In this document: positions 26,483 through 38,389 of the stretch, piece after piece | Numbering within the stretch: the stretch's first letter is position 1 | How the letters are laid out: every line of letters starts with the position of its first letter | DNA from: Octopus sinensis | Taxonomy: Eukaryota | Reading direction: 5' to 3' | Length of the DNA stretch: 64,000 bases | NCBI RefSeq assembly: GCF_006345805.1 | Contig: NC_043002.1 | Span: 100,626,001 to 100,690,000, forward strand | Notes under the pieces: model-generated | Seen by the model: the letters and a program-made list of their open reading frames with translations, nothing else | Told to the model about the DNA's origin: nothing | The model's database searches: none | Translations under genes and position numbers: made by a program

Positions 26483-27732
26483 GGTATAGATAACTAAGAC
26501 AGAATTAGTGTGTATTTGTTAGAATTAGTGTATGTGCTTAAACTTGTGTACAGAGCAAAAATAGAATGTCCTAATTTGTTAGGGGAGAAAATGAAAGTGT
26601 AGTTATAATTTCGTGTGTGAGTAACGCAAAACATTTGTGTGATTTTGATATGCAAAAAGTGTGTGTCATACAAAACATGTGTTTGTATGACACAGGAGGT
26701 GCGGGGTGATGCAAAGAATGTGTGCTGTGCGAGAGAGAGTAACAGAAAGAAATATTTATTTTAACAGGAAATATGTTGGATGAGAGATAAGTTCTGAGAG
26801 GAAAGAAGTTATCATCAACGATGATGATGATGATGATGATCATGAATTAACGTGGCTGTGGTGAGGGTGTCGATGATATTGATGATGATGATGATGATGT
26901 ATGATTGTAGTGGTGGTGTTATTGATGATGATGATAATGATGGTGGTGATAATGGTGGTGGTGGTGGTGGTGGTGGCGGCGGCGGCGACGGTGACGGCGG
27001 CGATGATGATGATGTTAAGAGATGTTGATTATGGTATGCTTGGAAATGTTGATGGCGGTGATAATGATGCGGTGATAGTGGTCGGAGTAGCAGTACTGTG
27101 CGGTGATCCGTGTTGGCGACCAAACGAAAGACCACCCCGGTCGCCATAATAGGAAAAAGCAGAGAAAAGCCAGATTTTTAGTTTCTTTTTTTTTTCTAAA
27201 AAAATTTCGAACGAAGTTAACAATAGCAACAACAGCTTCATAAGTCAAACTAAAATGACAACTGTGACCTGTCTGGATGTGTGGCAGTTGTCCAGCGTTC
27301 AAAGACATCCAAGACTTGGCCATCCCTATTTCTTTTTTCTGATTTAAAGCATATTTAGCTGCTGCTTCTAGCAAGCCGACCGATCACATAGAGGCTCCCT
27401 TAATTGGTTGGTTAGAGTATGGAGAATGATTCTGAGGGATCAAACGGTAAGAGATATATAATTACTGGGAGCAGGGTATGTGGGTGAGGAAGGATCCACG
27501 CTAATAATGCTGGAAGCAGGGAAAAAGAAAACGAAAAATATAATTAGAAAAAAAAAATAATAACCGGTGGAGTGGGAATATACTGAAACGTGATTGCTCA
27601 TACACAGATTATATATCCTCCGTCTAATTCGACGATGAGCATTCAGCTGTTTTCATCATAAGGTTTAGTTCGGGTCTGAGCTACAGAGGTTTATTTAGTT
27701 CGGCTCTTGCTCACAAGATTTAGTTTGGCCTT

Positions 27733-28105
27733 ATGGCCCAGTGGTTAGGGCAGCGGACTCGCGGTCATAGGATCGCGGTTTCGATTCCCAGACCGGGCGT
27801 TGTGAGTGTTTATTGAGCGAAAACACCTAAAGCTCCACGAGGCTCCGGCAGGGGATGGTGGTGATCCCTGCTGTACTCTTTCGCCACAACTTTCTCTCAC
27901 TCTTACTTCCTGTTTCTGTTGTACCTGCATTTCAAAGGGCCGGCCTTGTCACTCTCTGTGTCACGCTGAATATCCCCGAGAACTACGTTAAGGGTACGCG
28001 TGTCTGTGGAGTGCTCAGCCACTTACACGTTAATTTCACGAGCAGGCTGTTCCGTTGATTCGGATCAACCGGAACCCTCGTCGTCGTAACCGACGGAGTG
28101 CTTCC
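27733..28105 (+). mobile_element. SINE family B copy
   Basis: Nearly identical to 5138-5520. Confidence 0.85.
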
Positions 28106-28312
28106 ATCAAGCTCTGAATTTGCTATGCATTTGGTTTTCTCACTGGCTGTTGCTGGGATGTTCGTCTCCCTCCGATATATTTTATTTTTAAACGCAGTTC
28201 CTCCATTAGAGATTTATCTCTGGACGAATACTGTAGCAAATTTATTTACCTTTCAACAATATATTTTCACTTATACTGCATCTATTGTATACAAAGGAGA
28301 TATATATGTGTT

Positions 28313-28360
<48 letters not shown>

Positions 28361-29295
28361 CTGGATTCAGTCCCATTGTACAGCATCTTGGACATGGACT
28401 TTCTGCGGGCCGACCAATGCCTTCATTATGACAAATTTAGTTGATGGAAACCGCACAGAAAATCATTGTTTGTCTGTCATCGTTTGACAGCCAGCATAGC
28501 TTTCTTGCGTTCGCATAACGTAACGATTCGACAAAAGTCACCGATATAATAAGGACCAAGCTTTAAAAAGAAATGAAACTGCTATTGATTAACTTGACTA
28601 AACTCTTTAAGGCGGTGCCCATCATGACTGCATTCTTAGTAACTAAAATTAGTAAAAGAATAATAAAAGTGTGTGTGTGTGGACGAACGAATGTATTGAT
28701 TGGGAAAACATGTATAGCTGAGTGGTTTAAGAAGTTTACTTCTCTTTTGCGAATTCCCAGGTTCGATCCCACTGTATGATGTCTTGGTGCAGTTATGTTT
28801 TATACTGTAGCTCAGAGCCGAACTAAGTTTTGTGAGCAAGAGTCGAACTAAACCTCTGTAGCTCAGAACCGAACTAAACCTTGTGAGCAAAACAGGGTAG
28901 ACAGTAATTCTGAGGGAGCCTGTCGGGTGGATTGTACCAAGAATTCAAAGGACATATATTATTGATGATACAGGTCGTGAATTACGTTAAGGGTATCAAG
29001 CGTCTGTGATATACCCAGCTACTTTCACGCTAATTTAAGGAGTTGGTCGATCGGTTGATCGAACAGCTACATGCTCATCGTCGAAATAGACGGAGAATGC
29101 ATAGTCCGTGTATGAACAATCTCATCTCAGTATATTCCCACTCTAACCGTTGTTTTTCTTCTGATTTCGTCTTTCTCCCTACTTCCAGCGTTATTGGTGT
29201 GAACCTTTCCTAACCCATATGCCCCGTTCCCACTAATTGGTGTGTACTTACAATCAACATGAGTAGATGGGATTTGTCGCTAGTATTGCGAATAG

Positions 29296-29517
29296 CCAGT
29301 GGGTTGAATAAAAATCCGTTATGTGGGGTAAAAGCTGTATTAAATTACAATAGCCATCTATGTATCATACTCAATGTATATATAGTGTTTTTTAAGCATA
29401 CTACGTCCCTAAGAGATGTTATATCCGGACGAATAACCGTAGCAACCTTGTCTTTTAGCAGAGTCTTAGTTTAATACAGCTATTTCGTATAACGGATTTT
29501 TATTCAGCTCAGCGGCT
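29296..29517. mobile_element. Small MITE-like inverted repeat
   Basis: gttgaataaaaatccgttat...agctgtattaaa / tttaatacagct...ataacggatttttattcagc. Confidence 0.6.
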
Positions 29518-29585
29518 CTTCCCCTACATATATGAGCAAGAACAGTTATATCAGACACCATAGTACACATACACTATATATATAA

Positions 29586-29666
29586 GGCTCCGATGAAGCT
29601 ATAAGGTGTTACTCAGGCTCTCAACTATGAGTCCACTGCATCATACAGCAGAAACAGCTGTAAGCT
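29586..29666 (+). ncRNA. Hammerhead-like motif, variant CCGATGA core, long helix II
   Basis: gct CCGATGA agct...agca GAAA cagctg TA agc. Confidence 0.45.
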
Positions 29667-29711
29667 AATGGAGTTCATAAGATAATCATTTATTCCTTTG
29701 TCATCTCATTT

Positions 29712-29750
<39 letters not shown>

Positions 29751-29783
29751 CCAAGAAAAAAGCAACAAGAATGGATCGGTAGA

Positions 29784-29868
29784 TTAGTACAATTGTTTCA
29801 TACTAAAAACATTTAATTTCAAGCTGCAAATATTACAGCAAATATAATGTCAAGTATTCATCAGCTAA
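29784..29868 (-). ncRNA. Type I hammerhead ribozyme motif, intact core
   Basis: Minus strand: ttag CTGATGA atact...agtat GAAA caattg TA ctaa; palindromic helix III. Confidence 0.65.
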
Positions 29869-30265
29869 ATTACATATAGGTTTTCCATATATTCTTAGAG
29901 AGTGTAAATATCCTTATGAAGTTATAGGAGTGAGTTCCATGAATCTAAAGTAAGATTCCAAGCAGACTATATATGTTTTCCAATAATACAAAGTTTTTAA
30001 AATTATTATTAACATCCCAGAGAAGATAAATCTACTCATAAAAATGTGGGTATAAGTTCCAAGAGGCATGAGGAAAGAAGCATCTTTCCTCATGCCTCTT
30101 GGAACTTATACCCACATTTTTATCGCCCCACACCGTACATGTCTCTACGAGAGATTTAGAATTTAGTATTTCTGATTTTGATAATCAGTGAATAGACTTC
30201 ACTGAAATTTAGATATATACATTATGAGTCGAGACAGATATCGTCAGCTGACCGGTGTCTTCTAC

Positions 30266-30310
30266 TCTAGGCCGACGAAGGACAATCACCCTGAAACACG
30301 TGTCCCTAGA
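30266..30310 (+). ncRNA. Minimal type I hammerhead-like motif (CCGACGA core)
   Basis: tctagg CCGACGA agg acaatcac cct GAAA cacgtg TC cctaga; 6-bp perfect helix I. Confidence 0.55.
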
Positions 30311-30473
30311 TGCAGCCCAGGCGGCTGGGGGTATTTGTCTCCCCTCCGTAAATGTATATAAGGACACAGGAAAAATGTGTCAAAGCCATCAGGAGGCGTC
30401 GATGCTTCCTAGGGCTAAACAGCGGTGGTGTACCCCCTACTGTCACGTTCGTGTTAGATTGACAGTATACAAC

Positions 30474-30517
<44 letters not shown>

Positions 30518-30614
30518 CGGGAAGCTTTATGAAAATAAACAAAAGACGAAGGCAGGTGGAAAACAAACGAACAATTGTATTAGTATGGCGCTCAGGAAAT
30601 ATAAATAAAACAAG

Positions 30615-30652
30615 TCTTTAACGTTTCGAGCCTACGCTCTTCAACAGAAAGA
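30615..30652 (-). ncRNA. Hammerhead-like motif (CTGTTGA core) in a (TA)n-embedded element at ~30515-30850
   Basis: Minus strand: tcttt CTGTTGA a gagc gtag gctc GAAA c GTT aaaga; family member at 58195-58228. Confidence 0.45.
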
Positions 30653-31556
30653 TACACAGAGAGAGAAAAACACAGAAAGAAGGAGAGAAAAAAAATGCGT
30701 GCAGTAGCTAACGAATCAACATGGCGATCTGATTTCGGCCAGAGGTCAAAGATCAAACATGAGACGCGAGAGCGAAATAAGGGGAGATAATAGGGTTGAT
30801 AAATGGGTTGAGGGACCAGCTAAAAGTGCGTGGAAGGGGTCTGGATGTGTGTATGTATAGGGTTGGTGTATGTAATAAAGATAGATATATTCAATGCGCG
30901 CTATTCCCACACCTCACGCTTATAATTGGTATTTCTTTAAAAAAGTAAAGCTTGGGAGATATGGATAAGTCCATTTGTGATGTACTAAAAGCAACTGCTA
31001 ATTGACAGTGGGGGGCTGGGTAATAAAACGAGATAGGAGAAGTAAATTTATCTTCCTCCTCCAATTTCTCTCTCCTTCACACCACACACGTACAAACGTA
31101 CACAACATAAAATGGCAGTAAAAGTGAAGTGACAGTTCTTTGGAATATGTCCATTACCGTTTCTCTAAATGAATAAGAAAAATAAATCGTTTATTGAGTG
31201 GGTGGCTCTGATTGTAGTGAGCCGCCAAAGAATATTGTCCACACACACTACCCGTTCACAATCCGCCGCTGTCCCCTGCTCGTCACCTGGCAAATTTAGA
31301 TTGCGACAGGAGCGGGGCGACAGAGTTATTGTATTCTGACAATATTGCACACAGGAATGTGGAGTGGGTAGAATTTGACGGATCCTCCGTCGTCCTCGAC
31401 GATGAGCATTCGGTGGTTCGTTCGAGTGAATTTCTGTTCGTGGAACTAACGCATGAGTGGAACTAGCACACGTATGCCTTTATCGTGACTCCCATGTGGT
31501 TGGGAAGCAAAATACTTACCATACAACCACGTGTACCCCTACATACATATGTGGAT

Positions 31557-32207
31557 CAGTGTTTCGCAACTATTTTTTTGCTAATGGACTCCTGTCATTC
31601 TGATTTTACGCAGATGGACTCTCATAGCCATTCGATGTTTAAAAATTCATAGTATATTTTTAGAATTAGATATTATAATAAAAAAGAATTCTTACAATAT
31701 TTTGTGTACCGTAGAAGTATAACCAGTTTATTGTAGACTAGCAGTATCGCCCGGCGTTGCTCGGGTTTGTAAGGAAAATAACTATATAAGCATTTTTAGA
31801 GATGTAAAGTATAATAGCCATCTCAATATGGCTAACCACAAAGGAGTGGTGGTGTTACTGTAGCATTTTACGTTCTGAGATTTAATAATAAATTTTTAGA
31901 GAGTTACTTCCCTTATATATGCCGAAAATGCATTAAAAATGGGAAAAATTGATGGTAATTTTTTTTTTACATCGTAGACTCATCGTAGACGCGCGCTAAT
32001 ACCCAGAAGCGCTCGATATGAATCACGACTATAAGATACCCGGTTTTGGTTAAACTGCACCGCAAAATGTGGGAGTAGTTAGGAATCTAAATCGTAGGAG
32101 ACAGACAGCACACAACCTCACTTTTATATATAAAGATATATTTTAACAACAAAATTTTATATGGACCCCCCACCAAAGGTCATAAGGACCCTGGATGAGA
32201 ACCGCTG
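31557..32207. mobile_element. hAT-like MITE interrupted by a Helitron
   Basis: Degenerate TIRs cagtgtttcgcaac / gatgagaaccgctg; repeated atggac(c/t)cc motifs; related fragment at ~59648-59895. Confidence 0.45.
31738..32136 (-). mobile_element. Non-autonomous Helitron, full length
   Basis: Minus strand: A|TCtttatatataaaag ... cccgagcaacgccggg...CTAG|T, no TSD. Confidence 0.8.
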
Positions 32208-32547
32208 AGATAGATAGATAGATAGATAGATAGATGCATACATACATACATAAATACATACATATATACATACATGCATACATACACCCGCATACGACGA
32301 ACTTCCTTCAGTTTCCGTCTACCAAATTCACTCACCAGGCTTTGGTCGGTTCGAAGCTATAGCGGTCGACACTTGCCCAAGTTTCTACACAGTAGGACTG
32401 AACCCGTAACCATGTTGCCGAGAACCGAAATTCCTGCCACACAGCCACCCCAGCGCCGACATATTGGAAATAGAAATGTTTTTGGTATTAGTGGTGATAT
32501 TGCTGGTATACTGTTGTGACGGTGGTGATGATGATGGTGGTGGTGGT

Positions 32548-32614
<67 letters not shown>

Positions 32615-32885
32615 AGTGTGGTGGTTGTGGTGTTCGTACTTTGTGCGTAATAGGTATGTTGGGGGTTTAGGTGTGGTACTGAAGACGGTTGGGAAAGCAA
32701 TAGTTTTTATAGTATTAATGGTGGCATTAGTAGCAATGTGTTTAAGATGGTGTCAAGATAGAACTTGCTTAAGATATGGGCTGGCATGTATTAAAATGTA
32801 AATGTTTGCATAGGGTTATGCTTTACACTAGCACTACGAAGTACACGCCACACACACTCGCACATTACATATATTATATATATAC

Positions 32886-32923
<38 letters not shown>

Positions 32924-33276
32924 GTATGTATTATAAAGGAAGTTGAGTGTACACGTATTAACCGTTTTTATTTCATTAAATATATTTTTGTTTCGTTTTA
33001 TATATACTTAATGCATATTTTCATGGTGGTTCTGATATTTTTTTTTTCCTTTTTAATAAGGTTGTGAATGGTGTGTGTGTGTGTGTGTACTTGATTTTCA
33101 CATTCCAAAAATATTTCTTCATAACTCCCACATCATCTGCTTTGACAACATAAGGTAGGCGCGCGCTTGTGCGCTAGCTTTTGAAGTGACCTAGTTAGTA
33201 TGGTTAGTTGACAGAAAATTTAACTAAATAAATATTAAGGCATTTTGTATTGGTCAACTGCTATGCAAATCTGTAC

Positions 33277-34187
33277 GTTAAGGTACATACAGTGGTGATG
33301 TACTCATTAAGGTATCTACAGTGGTGATGTACTCAATACGGTACATACAGTGGTGATGTACTCATTAAGGTACATACAGTGGTGATGTACTCATTAAGGT
33401 ATATACAGTGGTGATGTACTCATTAAGGTATATACAGTGGTGATGTACTCATTAAGGTACATACAGTGGCGATGTACTCATTAAGGTACATACAGTGGTG
33501 ATGTACTCATTAAGGTACATACAGTGGCGATGTACTCATTAAGGAATATACAGTGGCGATGTACTCAATACGGTACATACAGTGGCGATGTACTCATTCA
33601 GGTACATACAGTGGCGATGTACTCATTAAGGTACATACAGTGGTGATGTACTCATTAAGGTACATACATTGGTGATGTACTCATTAAGGTACATACAGTG
33701 GTGATGTACTCATTAAGGTATATACAGTGGTGATGTACTCATTAAGGTACATACAGTGGTGATGTACTCATTAAGGAATATACAGTGGCGATGTACTCAT
33801 TAAGGTACATACAGTGGCGATGTACTCATTAAGGTACATACAGTGGTGATGTACTCATTAAGGTATATACAGTGGCGATGTACTCATTAAGGTACATACA
33901 GTGGTGATGTACTCATTAAGGAATATACAGTGGCGATGTACTCAATACGGTACATACAGTGGCGATGTACTCATTAAGGAATATACAGTGGCGATGTACT
34001 CAATACGGTACATACAGTGGCGATGTACTCAATACGGTACATACAGTGGCGATGTACTCATTAAGGTACATACAGTGGTGATGTACTCATTAAGGTATAT
34101 ACAGTGGTGATGTACTCATTAAGGTACATACAGTGGTGATGTACTCATTAAGGTATATACAGTGGTGATGTACTCAATACGGTATAC
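33277..34187. repeat. 29-bp minisatellite, about 31 copies
   Basis: Unit gtacatacagtggtgatgtactcattaag with recurrent variants (ggcg, aatacgg, gaata). Confidence 0.95.
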
Positions 34188-34430
34188 AACGTCGCAGTCA
34201 AGTCTGTGTGGTAAGAAGTTTGCTTCCCAACCACATGGTTCCGGGTTCAGTCCCACTTCGTGGCACCTTGGACTAACGACATTACCTGCACGGGTGCACA
34301 TGACGTGCAACATGCCATGATGAGACGATCGCAGCGCAACGTGAAATGAAGTGTTTTGCTCAAGAACACAACGCAGAGCTCTATCTGGGAATCGAAACCG
34401 CGGTCTGGCACTGAGCCATGCATCTTACAT

Positions 34431-34479
<49 letters not shown>

Positions 34480-35110
34480 TGCATATTTTTGTCCTTCCCA
34501 TCACCATTTGACTTGACAACCGGTGTTGGTTCGTTTACGTTCTGTAACATGGCAGTTCGGCAAAAGAGGCCGGTAGAATAAGTTATAGTCTTAAATAACA
34601 GATACTGGAGTCAATTTTTCCTGCTAAACCCTTTCAGGAGTTGCACCGACATAGCCACAATACAATGAAAGAAACAAGTAGAAGAAAGGCAGAAAAAATA
34701 ACTGCACAATTGTTAGCAGTTCTGTAAGGGGAGATAATTTCAAGAAATTAAGAATGAATCTCTCAACATACTTCACTTGTTTATGGAAAGTGTAGTGAAA
34801 AAAACAACAACTTTCATCTCCTAAGCAACAGGACAACGATGGAGTCTTCTCGTACCCACTCGACTGGTTAGAAATAGCAACCAAGTCTTCTTCAAGTCAC
34901 ATCCCACACTTTAGAATATCTCGAAGGAAGCATTAGATAAGGTAGTGTTAGGTACATAGTCTGAAAGAAAAAGATGGTGTAACCACGGCTGGAACGCCTT
35001 TTACAAAACGTTCACCCAATTTGGTGCGTTAGTTACCTCTAAGTTTCACCGGTGATGGCTTATTTGTGTGTGTGTGTGTTTGTATTTATATAACAAAACA
35101 GGAATGTGTA

Positions 35111-35158
<48 letters not shown>

Positions 35159-35685
35159 ATTATTCTCCATTGCACACGTTTCATTTGCTAACCGGAATCA
35201 CAAAATTGTATATGTTGGATAAGCGAAAGAAACTTTATATTAGAAATTCTTGAGAGACCACATACATACATACATGCATAGAGCCGGGAGTAGATAGCTG
35301 TGTGGTTAAGGAATACGCTTCGCAACCACGTTGTTTCGAGGTCAGTCTCACTGCTAGCAAATGTCTTCTACTACAGCACTGAGTCAACAATCGAGTGTGT
35401 ATTTGGTGAACGGAAATCGTGTGTGTGTTCGCGATCGCGAGTCATTGTATTTGTCCCCACACCACTTCCTGACAACTGGTATTGGTTTGTTTACGTCCGC
35501 GTAACTTAGCGGTTTGACAAATTGTTAGACTTTAAAAGATAATAACTGCATGGCCACAGTTCTCGGATTGAAACAAGTACAATAGTAAAAATATACATAA
35601 CAGAACGGAGAGTTACATATGCGGTTGTGACGTTTTATCATGTAGCATATGCTTCTACGGTACATTTGTGGTTTCATACTTTTAT

Positions 35686-35922
35686 ATAGAATGGTTGTAT
35701 ACTGTCAATCTAACAAAAACGTGACAGTAGGGGGTACACCACCGCTGTATAGCCCTAGGAAGCATCGAACGCCTCCTGATAGCTTTGACACATTTTTAAG
35801 GACACAGGGAAAAAATGTGTCAAAGCTATCAGGAGGCGTTCGATGCTTCCTAGGGCTATACAGCGGTGGTGTACCCCCTACTGTCACGTTCTTGTTAGAT
35901 TGACAGTATACAACCATTCTAT
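35686..35922. repeat. Near-perfect palindrome, 112-bp arms, 13-nt spacer
   Basis: 35686-35797 is the reverse complement of 35811-35922 (1 mismatch seen); arms are homologous to 30361-30482. Confidence 0.9.
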
Positions 35923-36608
35923 CGCCCCACCACCGTACATGTCTCTACGAGAGATTTAGAAATTCAATATTTCCTACTTTTATATAATTTTATTGCTAAG
36001 GCTCATGTACAAACATCAAGCTTTACATAATGTACATTCAATTACCAAACATTCCAACAGTCAGCGTGAACTAATTGAAGTTTAGTTAAAAGTGAGCCAC
36101 GAGCAAAACAAATACATTGAGAACCACTGATGTTGATGATAGACATAAACATTAACCACTTAACCACAACTTAGAAAAGTAAATTAATTGATTAACTAAA
36201 GAGTAAGCTTCTTTGGGGTCATACAAACTTACGTCAAAAATTTAACGTCTAAAAGGTATAAACTCAATACGATTATGTAGATTTATAATTTATATTACAC
36301 CTAAAACGACAAGGTGGTTACGGCTGGATTGCCTTCAATCATAGATTTGTTCGATTAAAGCTGATCAGAAGCCAAACAGTAGCATGAACTGATTTACACA
36401 GTCAACTGGATATGACTGAATTAAAGTGAGTGATTGATATACCTACGAAGGTATTTTGGCAGAATCGGTAAATCAAATTCAGTGTGTGTGTGTGTGTGTG
36501 TGTAAGCAAAAACGGATTTCTTCATTTCTAAAGTTGTAGAATGAACTTTACAGTAGGAAACAGTACTACAGCATGTATAAAACAAATAAAAAAAAGGTAT
36601 TCAATATA

Positions 36609-37172
36609 CCACCAGTGTGAGGTTAACAGCGGACCTTGAAGCAATCCAGAGAAGATTCACAAAGAAGATCGTCTCTTTGCTCAGCTACTGGGAAAGGTTG
36701 AAACAGCTAAGACTCTACTCCCTGGAGAGAAGACGGGAGAGGTATGCAGTAATATATATCTGGAAGATCCTGGAAGGAATTGGGCCAAATTTTGGCATTG
36801 AAAGCTACACCAATGCCAGAACGGAACGACACTGCATGGTGCCAGAGATCCCAGCAATGCCATCACGCTTCAGGACCCGCTACTGCAACAGCCTGGGTTT
36901 CAAGGGCCCACAGCTTTTTAATATTCTCCCAATGAGTCTGAGGAACTTGCACAAAGTAGATGTAGGAGTTTTTAAATCTAAGCTGGACCTTTTTCTGTCG
37001 AGAGTCCCAGATGAACCTACCTCACGGCAAGAGGTGCAAATGAGGGTAGCTATATCAAACTCCATTCTTCATCAAGTGCCACATATTAGAGGAGGCTCCT
37101 AGTAATAACAGTTAGCGCAAAACGGCGGTGCATCAGCATGTCCGCAGCTCTGAGCTGAAACTAGAAAAAAAA
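36609..37172 (+). mobile_element. 5'-truncated CR1-like LINE (ORF2 C-terminus + 3' UTR)
   Basis: LEAIQRRFTKKI..LSYWERLKQLRLYSLERRRERY..IY.WKIL...FKSKLDLFL..VPDEP; tail ggcggtgcatcagcatg...ctgaaac + A-tract. Confidence 0.85.
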
Positions 37173-37474
37173 GATATTTTTAAAAGTAGTGGGCGGCTTT
37201 TGACTGGTCGTGCGATGAAAGCCTTTTTTAATGAAGTCAGACTGTGATTCTGTTTTGAAATTGACCACCCGAAGTTTTAATATATGCTGACAAGCTGAGA
37301 TGAGCTCTGATTTTTTTTTTTTTTACCATTGGTGTGGAATGGCGAATGTTATGGAGCTTCTCCTTTAGACAGTGGCCACAAAACTTAGATTCCTAATTGC
37401 TGGTTCTCTGACTATATATGAGATGTTCATATTCGTTCTTGCACCCTTTGATTTAGAAATGTTTTTGTGTAGTG

Positions 37475-37745
37475 CTTAGTGGTTAGGGTAATCGGCTCAC
37501 GACTGTAATCATGAGTTCGATTCCTGGCGACGCATTTTGTACTTGAGCAAGACGCTTTATTTCACGTTGCCCCTGTCCACTAAGTTAGCAAAATGAGTAG
37601 TACCTGTAATTCAAAAAGCCTGCCTTGTCACATTCTATGTCACGCTGAATCTCCCTGAGAATTTCGTTAAGGGTACGCGTGTCAGTGGAGTGCTCAGCCA
37701 CATGCACGTTAATTTCACGAGTTAGCTGCTCCGTTGATCAGTTTA
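37475..37745 (+). mobile_element. Diverged SINE family B relative
   Basis: cttagtggttaggg...gagttcgattcc...cttgagcaagac...gtcacgctgaatctccctgag...cacgttaatttcacgag; inverted relative at ~39905-40215. Confidence 0.7.
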
Positions 37746-38389
37746 ACAGAACCTGTTACTATGTTAGTGCTTGCCATTTTTAATATCAGTCATTAGAGTT
37801 GTTGAAGGATATGTTGGTGTGGTAGGCCACTCGCCTTCCAAAGCATTTGCCTTAACAAATTAACTGTGTTGGTGAGACAGCAGAATACATGTAATAGAGT
37901 CCTTTATTTTGCTGTACAGCTACTCAGAAAATGCGATATATTGAAAGGGGGTGATGAATTATGCATTGGGGTATTATGCTCGATTGTACCCTATAAGATT
38001 TCTCTTTCTTGTACGATTGGGAGAGTTACCTTTTGTGTGGGTGAGTTGTAGTTGTGTGCGTAAGCAAAAACGGATTTCCTCATTTCTAACGTTCTCATAC
38101 AATCAACTTTACAGTCAACTGTGCTGAAACATGTTAAAATAAAAAAGTATTTAATATTTTTTTAAAGTAGTGTGATGAAAGCTTTTCTATAACGTCAGAA
38201 TGTGGGTATGTTTTGGAATTGATCACTAGAAATTCTAACGTATGCTGGCAAGTTAAGATGAGCTCTGATTTCTTTTTTTACCATTGGTGTAGAATGGTGA
38301 AAGTTATGGAGCTTCTCCGTTAAGAGGGGTTGCTTTTGTCGCAAGCGGGGTTTTTGCTGTGTTTAAATATTTTGTCTTTTCTTTTACAG

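Noticed and set aside
33277-34187. CRISPR-like array
   Set aside because: Contiguous 29-bp units with no unique spacers, no cas genes, eukaryotic intron.
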